Source: Psammoneis japonica
Lineage: Eukaryota
DNA: 64,000 bases
Reading direction: 5' to 3'
Assembly (NCBI GenBank): GCA_008632985.1
Contig: QPGO01000020.1
Location: 248,001 to 312,000 of the forward strand
The translations under genes were made by a program, and so were the position numbers. Positions 26,489-38,254 of the stretch are shown here, one piece after another (position 1 is the first letter of the stretch; each line of letters starts with the position of its first letter). The notes beneath the pieces are model-generated. The model made no database searches. It worked only from the letters and a program-made list of their open reading frames with translations, and was not told the DNA's origin.

Positions 26489-26515
26489 ACAACAACAACA
26501 ACAACAACAACAACA
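26489..26515. repeat. (ACA)9 microsatellite
   Basis: Direct reading. Confidence 0.95.
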
Positions 26516-27411
26516 GAAGCACTTCAAAATGGCTGTTGCAGAGTGCTTGCACAGCCAAGAAGCAAGCCAACAACAAGCTCAGCACACTTTGGCTAGATTG
26601 ACTTGCACTTGGACTTGGCAGTGGCAAAGAAATGGCGTTTTGTCTTGGATTGGAGACCCAGTGATGGGGACGACCAAATCAAATGAACAGCAACTTTTGA
26701 AAACCTCTGACGATGACTGGCAAAAGTGCAAAAAGACCTTGGCTGGCTTTGTCAGCTCCTGGAAACCCCAAGAGAGAGAAGGGCCATGAACATTGCAATT
26801 GCAGCCACTTTGAGATCTTGCAGCAAGATGCAACAGCCAACCCAAAGAGTGGAAAAGCACAGTCTCTTGGGTTCTTGCAATGAATCGTGTGTGTGGCCGG
26901 CAGCAGCTGAGTTTTTGTGGTGCTGGCTGAGCATGATGACAACATTCACAAAAAGGACAGAGGACAGCACAATGACAAAATGACAGCAACAACTGTTTGT
27001 GTCACTTTTGCCATCAAAGGAATTGTGAATGCTCAAATGGATGTGCCTCTAAAAGCAGGTTCCCGCTGTCCCCATTGGTGCAAACATGTTGCAGCAGCAG
27101 AGGAGCACTGCACAGAGAGTCACATTTTTGTGACCAAAATCACAAACATCATTTGGGGGCTGCATTTTGCCATGTGATGTTGGGCTGAACAATTGGCGTG
27201 TGTTTCATCGAGATCAACGAGAAATGTCATGGTCGCAGTTGAACAACTTCAGTTGCTTTTTGCCAACAGAAAAGCGGATGCGCTCTCGCGCACAGAGGAC
27301 GCGGACGGACGCGGGTGAGAAGCGCCGATGGATAGATGAGTCCTCACTTTTTTTTCTGACTCATCCCTCATCTCCCTCACTATGGAGTGACGACTAGCAC
27401 AATGTGAACTG

Positions 27412-27732
27412 TAAAAAACGTCCCGAACACCGGTATTGCAATTTTTGTACATGGATATTTAACGATAACGGTTTATGGCAAATAATTAGGGCATCTTTAC
27501 AGATGTAACCCATACAATTTTCTTCTCAAAAATCGATACTTTCAAAAATAATTAAAAGATTTTGACAATGTTTCCTATTCAAATCACTACAAAAATTTTG
27601 ATATTACTTTTTCAACTCCGACTGCTTCATATAAAATATTCAAGTTCAAATGTTTTGTTAAAAGACATGGCCGGCGTTTCGGTCGATTTGGGCGGACCGA
27701 CATTTTATTTTACTTAAAGTCGGACGTTTTTA
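27412..27732. mobile_element. Possible small AT-rich non-autonomous element (MITE-like)
   Basis: Imperfect inverted ends TAAAAAACGTCCCGA ... TCGGACGTTTTTA around ~300 bp of AT-rich non-coding sequence; no TSD confirmed. Confidence 0.3.
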
Positions 27733-27986
27733 TTATACTGCAGTTCGTAGAGCTTTTAAGTACGTAGACTGGTACAAATTCTACACCAGGAGTCATGTGC
27801 AGTCATTTTACATACAGATCATCCAGACATAAAATATATATTCACATACAAAATATATGTTTCTGAATGTTCTATATTGCACATTGTGCTAGTCGTAGCC
27901 TCATACTGTACGTTTCGTCATCGCGTTCATTGGCAAAGCTGACGAAAGCCAAAGCAGCCAAACACTGACCGTGAGTTTGAACCGTG

Positions 27987-29000
27987 ATGCGTTCGCTTCG
28001 GTCATCACTTGGATGCATCATGGCTGTCACCGCTAACTCTTACCTATTGAACAACGGCAACTCAATTCCGTCGCTGGGACTGGGTACTTGGAAGTCTTCT
28101 CCCGGAGATGTTGAAAAGGCCGTGGAGACAGCCATTGGACTCGGCTATCGCCACATTGACTGTGCTCATATTTACGGGAACGAAAAGGAAGTAGGAAACG
28201 CGATCAAGTCTTGTATCGACCAAGGAATCTGTAAGCGAGAAGATCTCTTTGTAACATCAAAACTATGGAATGACATGCATGGCTCCGACGACGTACCTTT
28301 GGCTCTCCAAAACACCTTGGATAACCTCGGGCTTGAATATGTCGACATGTATTTGATTCATTGGCCCGTTGTGATCAAGAAGGGGTCTGACTTTTCGAAT
28401 CTTGAGTTTGTTTCCTTGGAAGATGCTCCCATTTCAGAAACGTGGAAAGGAATGGAACGTTGCGTCAAGGACGGCCTCACCAAGGGCATTGGCGTGTCAA
28501 ATTTCAGTGTGAAAAAACTAAACGACTTAGTACAGTCCGCAAAAATTCCACCAGCCATCAATCAAGTGGAGCGACACTTGTATTTGCAGCAGCCGGCCAT
28601 GATGGAATTTTGCCGCAGCCAAAACATCCACGTGACGTGCTACAGTCCTCTTGGCAGTATGGATCGACCGAATGAATTCAAACCCAAGGGCGAGCCCAAG
28701 TTGTTGGAAGATGAAACCATTCTCAAGATTGCAAAGCAGCATTCCATCACACCTGCTCAAGTCATATTAAAATGGGGACTACAGACTGGATCTAGTACCA
28801 TTCCGAAATCTGTGAGTCCGACTAGGCTTGCGGAGAACTTGGCTGCGGTGAATGAGCCGAAGTTAACAGACGACAACATGGCTGAACTAGAAAGTCTCAA
28901 TCGAGACCGGCGCTATGTAGATGGTAGCTTTTGGGCGTCTGAAGGCTCGCCGTATACACTACAGAACTTGTGGGATGAAGGCTACATTGGTAAAAACTAG
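27987..29000 (+). CDS. Aldo-keto reductase (AKR1-like, NADP-dependent), intronless; alternative start 28020
   Basis: GLGTWKS, GYRHIDCAHIYGNEKEVG, LFVTSKLWN, DMYLIHWP, GIGVSNF and IPKS motifs; open frame. Confidence 0.96.
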   Translation: MRSLRSSLGCIMAVTANSYLLNNGNSIPSLGLGTWKSSPGDVEKAVETAIGLGYRHIDCAHIYGNEKEVGNAIKSCIDQGICKREDLFVTSKLWNDMHGSDDVPLALQNTLDNLGLEYVDMYLIHWPVVIKKGSDFSNLEFVSLEDAPISETWKGMERCVKDGLTKGIGVSNFSVKKLNDLVQSAKIPPAINQVERHLYLQQPAMMEFCRSQNIHVTCYSPLGSMDRPNEFKPKGEPKLLEDETILKIAKQHSITPAQVILKWGLQTGSSTIPKSVSPTRLAENLAAVNEPKLTDDNMAELESLNRDRRYVDGSFWASEGSPYTLQNLWDEGYIGKN

Positions 29001-29106
29001 ATAAATTTGTTAAGCATTGGCGTCACGGTATGGCTTTGCTAACGCGCCGGGAAAAGGATACCGTCTCCTTTCTTTTGCAACGAACTAGGTCTAAGGAAAG
29101 CATTCC

Positions 29107-29560
29107 GTGGCGTCTAGATTAAAATGTGTGCAAGTAGAACTTGTTTGTACAGAGAAGCCTACAAAGGACCCAGGCGGCTGTTGTAGCCATTTGTGTCGAA
29201 AAAACATGGCACCAGATTGCGGCAAAGCACATTGTCTAAACCTTCCTGTTCGCCTGGAGAGGAACCGATCTTCACTCCACCCGGAGAATGCTGTTCTGTC
29301 TGTAACCCTCCAATCAATTGCGACTCGCCGTGTGCGGAGCCTCCGTTCGAAAGTTCTCGTAAAGAGGCCTGACCGGTGGTCTGCCACGTGCTAGAAGAAA
29401 TGCGTAGATGAGAAACCATGTGAAAAGCCAGATTACAGCAGAGCACCTTGTATCAAACCTCACTGTTTGCCTGGAGAGGTGCTCTTCACACTGCCTTGTG
29501 AATGTTGTTCAGTCTGTGTCCCTCCAAGCAATTGTGCCTCTCACTGTGTGCAGGCCTTGG
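29107..29560 (+). pseudogene. Cys-rich repeat (VWC-like PGECCxVC) gene fragment with frameshifts and stops
   Basis: Repeat 1 KPSCSPGEEPIFTPPGECCSVCNPPINC; repeat 2 KPHCLPGEVLFTLPCECCSVCVPPSNC. Confidence 0.6.
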
Positions 29561-32261
29561 TTTGTGGCTGAAGTGGGTGCAGTTGGTTTTAAGAGGCATG
29601 ATTGTGCTGCTGTGCCACATGAGGGAAGGGGTGCCTTGTCAATTCATTTGCAAAGTGACTGCTGCTGTGCCTTGCCACATGCATGTTGTTTCTTTTCCAG
29701 AGGAAGCAAATTTGAGCTGATTTTCTTCCACAAGAAAACACCGAAAGGTCCCAGAGTTGTTGTTGCTTGAGGTGTTGATTCATCCTCAAGAGAAGACATT
29801 TGCAGGCCAAAAGGAGACTCTTTCAAAGATGACAAGCAGAGACACCACCACTTTGTGATCACATTGAAATCATGAGTTTGTCAAAAAGAGGTGTGGTGTT
29901 AACAGCATGCAAATGACCATGTGATCACATGAGATCCAGTCTGTCATGTTGGCATTTGGCAAGGAAGCAAGAAGCAGCATTCCTCACCTGCTCAAGAACA
30001 AGAAAGGAGTTTGGCTCAGCTTGTCACAGCTCAACATGTGAACAAGGTCAGGGCCTGACCATTGCATGCAGAGTTGTCATTGTCTGGTTTGTGAGTTCAA
30101 GCTTGTTCTTGGATTTTGTCAACGAACCAGCAGCAACCAACTTTTACAACAAGTTGCAGGGTGGACTGCTTGTGTGGCAACATTGAAAGCCTTGCCTTTT
30201 AAATGCTCAGCATTGACTCCAGATTCTTGCTCGAGCACCAGTGGCAAGCATCTGTCAGAGAGCAAACTCCTTTTTTGTCATCAAGACACATTTTTGGTGC
30301 ACTTGGCAATGCTGGGAAGCAGCAGCCAACAAGCTCTGGATGTGTTGCGCCTCAGACCTTTTGGCTCTGTGCAGATCCCCAAATGTTTGTCTCAGTGTTG
30401 CATTCCAGGTGGCACAGCTGCAATCATTTTTGACAAGTTGCTGGATTTTCGATTCTGCACCTGCATTGTCTTCATTCTGGGAAAAGCATTTGGTGAAAGT
30501 CAAACACCAAATGACATTTGAGGTGGATCAATGACCAAAGCTTGAGCTGGTGTGCAAGGTTGAGTGGACACAGAACAACAAGCTGGACACCTTTGAACCC
30601 TCAATGGGCTGTGCATGACATCTCTCCTGAGGACAACGTTGCCAAAGATGCTGGTGGCAGCAGAAGTGTGGAGTCAGCAGCACACTCACATGTGTGTGCC
30701 ACACACATTGTTTCACAGCAAACTCTTTGCTCAAGGGTGGGCTTGACCCTTGGAAGATTTTGACACTGGCACAGCTGATCATTTGTGCAAAAATCCTCAC
30801 CCAACTGTGGTGGGCTTGAAGACAGCACCATGCCTTGATCATCATTGCACTGGTGATGCAAACACTCAGATGAAACCATGGGTGCTGCTCTGGTGCATCA
30901 AGAAAGACTTTTTGAAATTTGAAAGTGCCACATCTTCCTCACCTCTTTCAACTCAAAACAGCTCACTTGGTTGGTGGATAAAATCTTGGAAAACCACAAG
31001 GTGCTTTCAGCTTGCAGTGGACTTGTTTCCACCAGGATGATCATCCAAGGAAACTTGACACATGCCACTGCTGCTTCCTTGTTGCAATCACATCATGGCA
31101 AGGTGAAAGTTGTTCTTGTCAAATCCACCAACTGCAACAACACTGGCACAAACACATCCCGTGCCACGGCATCAAAACCAAGATTTGCTCATGCAAGATG
31201 CTTGGTGCCAGTCAAACCCAACATTTGTCATCAAAACAAGGACAGAAACAAGCCATGCAAGTTGATTCACTTCATCTTGACCATGACAACAGCACTGCCC
31301 ACAGCAATGTTTGTTGGCCTCCCTTGGCTGAGAATGCTGCTGGCCACCCCAATGAGTTCTTGCTGTGTGGCCAAAGTCAGCCTTCTTGTTCTCCAAGCAA
31401 TGGCTGCAACTTGAGCTGTTTTCCATGATCTCATCACCAACAAGAACAATCCATGACTGCAACACTTCCAAACAACAAAAGGAATGAGCTGAGTGCTGTG
31501 CTCCACAGAAAACGAGATCTCTCTCTGCTTGAATTGCCTGAGCTGTTGAGCTTGGAGAAGACAACAAATGTGCTGATGATGCAGAAACAAGTGCAATTTG
31601 AAGCAGCAGCTTCACAAGAGGTGTGGTTTCATGCCATCCATCAAAGAATGAGAAATGAGTTCTCTTGGTCATCTGTGCACTGGTCAATGGGCAGGCCAGA
31701 CAGGCTTTTTCTTTTTGCACTCATTTCTTGCTTTGGACAGCATTGAAAGCACAGACTGCAAGAAAAATGCCTGCCTTGAATCTTCCAAAAAAAGAGTCAA
31801 AGACACTTTACTGCAGCACCAGCATTGAGCTTTGTCGTGGTGATCACTCCACAGCAGAGCACAGATTGGAGTTTGTGTGGGCAAGCTGTGCCATGAGCAA
31901 CAATGGCGCAATGACACAACCCTTTTTTCTTGCACACATGTCTTTGGTGAGGTCATGTTTGCTGCTTTGAATGCTGAGCAGCAATGTCCTGTCCACACTG
32001 TCTCATTGTGGCAGCATGGGTGGTTGGACCACTTCTGCAGCCCTCCCAAGTGACCATGGATGACCACATTGATTTTGTGTTTGACACAGGTGTTTTTTGC
32101 ATTTGAATCATGTGGTCATTGTTCAAACATCTTTTTCTCCTCATTTCAGTTTTGCACTGAAATCTGTCCATTTAAATGCAAAATGACAGTGATCAGCCTG
32201 GGGCAGCAGACTTGCCAGATGTTGATGTGGGTGATGCTGCTGGTGCACCAAACAGCTGCAT

Positions 32262-32669
32262 TGAAGCCCAGTTGATCCTGAGAAACAACAGGCCAAGGCT
32301 GTGGAAGACACCTGGCAGAAGTTAAACAAGGGCAAAGTCATTTCCAAAATTGGTCCTCTGTGCAGCTCTGGAACTCTGTGGAGTTTGGTCTGTTGCCAGT
32401 TTGTGTCAACATGATTTGTTGGGATGAACAAGAAGAAGGCCAGTGTCCACATCCTAAATGACACAACTGAAGCCCAGTTGATCCTGAAAAACAACAGGCC
32501 AAGGCTGTGGAAGACACCTGGCAGAAGTTAAACAAGGGCAAAGTCATTTCCAAAATTGGTCCTCTGTGCAGCTCTGGAACTCTGTGGAGTTTGGTCTGTT
32601 GCCAGTTTGTGTCAACATGATTTGTTGGGATGAACAAGAAGGCCAGTGTCCACATCCTAAATGACACAA
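32262..32669. repeat. Near-perfect tandem duplication, 206-bp unit (32262-32467, 32468-32669)
   Basis: Copies differ by about one substitution and one AAG unit. Confidence 0.95.
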
Positions 32670-35569
32670 TCATCTGAGAAAATTCAATGATGTCTGCTCC
32701 ACATGCTGAGCAATGAGAGACAGTGACAAGGCACACAACAACTTGCAGCCACAGCAATCAAAGAGATGGGCCAAATCAACAATGATGGGGTCCTTGCTTG
32801 CACTCAAAAAAATGATTTTCACATGGTTTCACATCATTTGAGCATTTGTTGAATGAGAAAAACAAATGGTCAGCAAGCAAAACTGTGCATTTTTAAGGTT
32901 TGCCACATTCTTCTCATTGTGCTCAACAAGCATTGCCTTGCTTGTGGCACATCTTTGGGTGAGGGTTTCTGCCATGTGCCATGCACCCTGTTCTTCAAGG
33001 GTGGCATTCTCTGTTTGATGAATGCAATCTCTGTCTGATGTTTGACTTCCCAGCCAGCTGTCTAGTTTTCTTTGACTGTGCACCCTGCTTGTCAATGAGC
33101 TTCAAGTTCAAGGACAATCATTGTTCCAGGTTGCTGCTGCTGCTGGAAGATTTGCCACATTGACACTGTCAAACATGGCAAGGGTGTCTTTGTTGGTGCA
33201 TGCTGAGTGTGGTCTGCCAAGCCACCATCATCAAAACCATCTTGTGTCCCTTGGTTTTTCTTCCATGGCTGCACACCAAGGCCAACAAGGGTCACAAATC
33301 TGGCCAGCTTGCAGACACAGCATCAGCCACACAAATGCCGCCAGAACACAAATCAACATTTCTGCATCTCTGGTTTCCTTTCCCAGCCTAGCACAAGCAA
33401 AAAGCCAAGTTCAAGAGCAGACATGCAGTGACAATGAACATGACATGGCATTGGCAACATTGGAGTGCACCACAAAGGCTTTCATGATGATCCCAAAGGA
33501 CATTGTGAAAAACACAGATCTGCCAAAAAATGCCAAATGGAGCAGAGCACATCTTGTCATGACATGAGCCAAATTGGAAAGTCATCTCTTTGTGCACGAC
33601 ACATCTTTTCTTCAAGGCACCATTTGTGGCTTGAGCACCACACTCTTGGCAACCAATGAAGTTTGAGCTCTTGCAAACATTCAATCTGCTGACCTCTCTG
33701 CAATGTTGTGAATGTCACAGTGGGCATGCCCAAGAGAGCAGTCACACTGACAAAGGTCGTCATCAGTGCATCCACACCAAAGTCATCATGTTCAAAATTT
33801 CCAACAAACATTTGACAGATGGGGAGACAGGGAAGCCATGCAGATTGTGCAAAGCATGCCATCACAGAGTGCCACAATGCCAACAAGCACTGTCAAGCAC
33901 CAGAACCAGATTGTCAGCAAGAAAATCCACACCATGAGAAGTTTGGTGCAGAAATGCCTGGCATGCCAGAGAAAGACATCCAAGAATGGCAACCCCCAAG
34001 CTTGCTTCAAACAGGCTGACAGTGTGCACCATGTGTTGCCAACTTTCTGTTTGTGATTTGCAAAAAAATTCCATTGCCCCCCCAGCCTTGCAACAGTTGT
34101 TGCAAGTTCTTGAAAGGCAAAACAAGACAGCTGCAGGTTTGGGTTTGAGCCAAAGCATCAACAAAACCTCTCACAGACTGCATCATGGTTTGGGCATTGG
34201 CTGCAAGCACAGGGCAAAACACAAGCCACCATGGCACAGATTTGTCATCCTCTCAAAGTTTGCCCTGACAACAGCTGGAGAACACAAACAGGACAAAAGC
34301 CACTCTTGAAAGCTTTCTGTGAGGGATGTCAGCTGGATGAGTCATGCCATTTTGCCTGGAGCTGTGTGGTTGTTCATTGTCTCAAAATCAAGCTTGGCTC
34401 AGGTGTGGAGGCAGAAGCCATGCAAGGCTCTCAGGCTCAACAACATGATGCCTCCCCCTCCTGTCACTCACGGATGTTGATCTTGAAGCTCCACCCAAGA
34501 CAGTGGCTCCCAGAAGCATGTGGACCAAGCCACTTCTTCATGTGTTTGGAAAGAACAGAGGGGCTTGGACTGGCTGCACAAATGCTTGTGTCTTGAGACA
34601 GGGGGCCAAATTGAATGACAACAGAGAGCTCTGCTCCATTTTGGCCAATGAAAAGGAGTGCACATCTGTCACACTCTCTAGAATGGAGTGTGCCAGGAAG
34701 GTTCAGCCAACACAGCCAACACACCAGCAACAGGACTTGCAGACTTCAAGCTTCCTCTCTGCATGATGGAGACAACTGGTGCATGATTTGTCCATGCAGG
34801 ATCATTTGCTGCATGAGCAGCAATGCTGTCATCAAGCCATCCTGCATTTGCCAAGTTTCTGCGTGCATCTGCACAGGAGGTGCACTTTTGGAGCTTGCTG
34901 TAAAGCTGCCCTGCTTTTGGAGACAACAAAGCAACCCACACACTGGCATGCTGTGCTTGAAGCCTGTGGATTGTCAACAAAAGGAGACTGGAACAAGAAG
35001 CAGTGCAGGGGACAATGTGCCCCCCAAATGCCTCAAAACACAAAAAAGACACACGCAGGAAGAGCAGGATTGCAAATGAGAGGGTGAAGAGGTGCTGCAT
35101 TTCAATTGTGTCTCTGGCATTTGTTCCTTGCTGTTGCCCTCATTTGAGGCACAAGTGGCTCTTGGAAGATGACACTTGCTGCAGGAACAAAAAAGATGGC
35201 AGCACGGTCAATCGGCAGAGCCCCTTCTCCTGCAAGCATGCAGAGCCATTGACTGCAATGCCAGGAGAACTCGCGGCACCATCCCTGAGTCTCCCAGCCC
35301 CAACTTTGGCAACAGCACAGTGCATGGTTTGCTTGAGCAGTGAAATCTTTGCTCTTGCTCTCAAGCTTCTTGTGGTGCTTGCAGATGAGAACTTTCCATT
35401 GCAGCAGCTTGAAGCTGCTTCTGCAACAGATTGGGCATCATCAGGAGATGCGTCTCTCCTTGTTTGTTCTTGCTGTCGAGCTCTGATTTCTCCAGAAGCG
35501 AGGCAAGAAGCCCCCTCTTGGCTCTTCTCCACACCAAGAGGCTCAGTTCAGCATGCTTTCTCAACCATG

Positions 35570-36150
35570 ATGTCTTCTCATGGATCAGGTCTTGAGAGAA
35601 GACTGAAGCCATCAGATCAGCCAATTCAACCTGGACAGACAGAGCAATGGACAGAGCATCGGGCTGGTGCAGCAGGGGCCAGATTTGGGGTGACTGAGTT
35701 CATTGACTGTCCTTTCCCATGTGAGCTTTTCAGTCCGCTCAGCCCCCCGGGAGCTTGGTGCTTGGACAAATGCAATCAATGGGTTGCGTGCGGCTGATGG
35801 CGGTGATGGACCAGAGTCCCAGTGTGATGGGATCGCAGGACCCGCTCAGGGATTGCAGGCACCACGGACGCTTCATGTGCCATCTCCTGGACGACCCCAA
35901 TGATTTTGAGTCCCCAATCACAGCTTTGAACAACACTGGCAGCATTCGAATCATTGGATTGGATGCAGGTGGTGGCAATGAGCTTGATGATCTAGTTGAT
36001 GCAACAGGAGGAACGATCGCACCCCAGCTCGGACGGGAGTGGAACATTTGCTGTTGCTGTTGGGTGCAGAGACTTGGTTGCATCTGTTGAGCCAAGCTGT
36101 TTGAGTGTGAAGGAAGTCCAGTTTGCCTCAAATGGAGTGGTTGTTGGAGG
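35570..36150 (+). pseudogene. von Willebrand A (integrin-beta-like) domain gene relic
   Basis: ARFGVTEFID..., WTNAINGLRAADGGDGPESQCDGI (family motif GGDxPESQYDA), ALNNTGSIRIIGLDAGGGNELDDLVDATGG, spread over several frames. Confidence 0.7.
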
Positions 36151-36217
36151 TCATGCGGTGATGACATCTGATTTTGTGCACGGAACTGTCATTTGTCCGT
36201 TTGTGGTTGACACCACA

Positions 36218-36521
36218 TGCTCGTGCCAAACACACAGTGTTGTTTCTACAGTGGAGACTCCAAGTCGAGTAAAACGAGCAAAAACGACCAAGTTGTTGGT
36301 GGCACATCGTCTCAAATGCTTGGCATTTTACTCATCTTACTCATCCTCCTTCCAGAAAATAAGTGGCTGTTCTCTAACACTGTGTGCTCATGCCAAACAT
36401 GTGTGTGGCATTTGTTCTACAGTGGAGACTCCAAGTCGAGTAAAACGAGCAAAAACGACCAAGTTGTCGGTGGCGTCTAGCATCAATGCTTGGCATTTTA
36501 CTCATCCTCCTTCCAGAAAAT
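36218..36521. repeat. Diverged direct duplication (~140 bp; 36218-36360 and 36385-36521)
   Basis: Shared core TTCTACAGTGGAGACTCCAAGTCGAGTAAAACGAGCAAAAACGACCAAGTTGT; differences include CG/TG and CG/CA pairs. Confidence 0.9.
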
Positions 36522-38254
36522 GCGAAAGGTGAATCCATCCTTGAAGAAGAAATGTCTTGACGGGGCAAGTCCTCTGAGGTGCCCAATGTTGTTTTTGGGG
36601 GAGGAAATTGACGACAACATTAGAAACATCGATCTTGTGGCGCCAGTCCAAAAAGCATCCATTGACGAAAATGATCAAGCAGTTTTGACGTTCTTTTTGA
36701 TCCACAACCCCAATTCAATTGTCCTGGATTATCACCACGAAATGTTTGGATACAATCGTTTCATTCAAGGCATGCCGGATGGTGTTTGCATGTTTGTTTC
36801 GTGCACTGTGAATGGATCTGGTGAGCGTCCAGTGCACCCCGAGACAAAGACAAGCCCTCTTTTTCTCCACAACCATGGCGACTTTTCGAACACCACGATT
36901 CCATTGCCAAGACACTCGGACTCAAAACAAGGGATTGTTTGTTTGGGGTTGGAACGAAGGATCTCAACACAACACAGTCGAGCTGAACCTCAAAATTCAG
37001 ACATTGTTTGCGTCAATTTCGATCAAGCATGTCAATCTACACCAAAGGGGCTCGCTGGTGTTCCTGGAGGCGGACTGGACAACGCGCATGTGTTCAGTCG
37101 AAAGCTCCAGCATGCTGGATGTTCGAGAGTGGGATCAGACCGGGCCCTTGTGGGGAAAGAGCTCCCTGGGGTTGAACTGGACAAGACGCATGCATTCAGT
37201 CGCAAGTTCCAACAGGGCAAGAGCTCCACCATTCTAGATGTTCGGAAGCGCAGTCGCCGATTACGGACATTGGCGGCCGCAAGCTCAACCCTGTCTTTGA
37301 TGTGACCCAGCCCAAGGCAGGCATTGGAGAGTGCAGCAACCACTGTCTCGACACAGGACAGTTGGGATGGCATGGTCTCGGCCGAATCTTGGCATGCAAT
37401 GGCATTTGCGTGCAAATGTTTCACAGGTTCCACCTCTGCTTTGTGACAATGGTCAATGGTCTGTCGCATCTCTTTGTTGAACCCTTGACAGTGCGATTTC
37501 ATTGACATCCAATTGCTCTGGTGAGAAGTTTTAGTGTGGACAAACGCTCTCTGTGATTGGTGTTGTCTCCCAGGGTTGTTCCACCTTTTTTTGGCTTGTC
37601 GATGGTTGCATCATGGTGGTCGATTGGGACGTTGTTCCGACCGGTGCCCACATTGCACGACTTTGTGTTCGGCCTTTGCTTGATGCTGTTGTCTGCTCCA
37701 ATGCTGGCACGAATGTCCATGGCGTCCTTGGTGGCATGCTGTGCAATTTCTGTTCCCATTGTGCTCTGCATGTTGGATTGCCCGTTGTGGCTAGAGACTG
37801 TCTCAGGCAATGCAAGCTGCCTCTGCTTCCAATGCCTTGCATGCGATGTCTTTGTGGGGATTCCATTCTAAGACGTTTGCTCTTCGAAGATGAAGAGAGA
37901 CAAGTGACAAGGCAGCAGCACCGACCCAACGGCCGGAAAGCAGCTTGAGGCAACACACCACTTGCACAACACTCTCTCTAAAGAGTGGACTCTAGAAAGG
38001 AATTTCTCGTGGCTAGAAAAATTGCCTCAGGCAACGGAAACTGCCTCTGCTTCCACTGCCTTGTACACAACATCTTTGTGTGGAGTCTGTGACATTCTTA
38101 GACCATTGCGCTTCGACTGGCAGCAAAACTGCTGCAATGCTCTAGAGAATGTGCTCTACAACAGAGAGGGGAATTTCCTCTTGTGGCATCTGCCCAAACT
38201 CTCTAGCAGTGGTTGGCAGCATTGTTCACACGCATGCACTTCTAATGTGTGAGA

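Larger units (their letters stand above)
18330..27200. other. TpA- and CpG-depleted block B (contains the Copia relic)
   Basis: Hand count for 20401-21000: 2 TA and about 4 CG in 600 nt, versus 3 TA and 4 CG in the single 60-nt line 28021-28080 of the neighbouring gene. Confidence 0.95.

Noticed and set aside
18330..27200. Classical fungal RIP or CpG methylation alone as the explanation
   Set aside because: RIP raises TpA, and CpG deamination cannot convert Tyr codons to Cys/His or remove TpA.
18190..27340. Terminal inverted repeats or LTR pair bounding block B
   Set aside because: Only 8-9 bp matches (ATCCATCG, CACACGCCA) were found; not distinguishable from chance by eye.
36490..37305. 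271-aa ORF as a functional gene
   Set aside because: Inside block C, begins within a duplication and has no motif I can recognise; possibly a relic.
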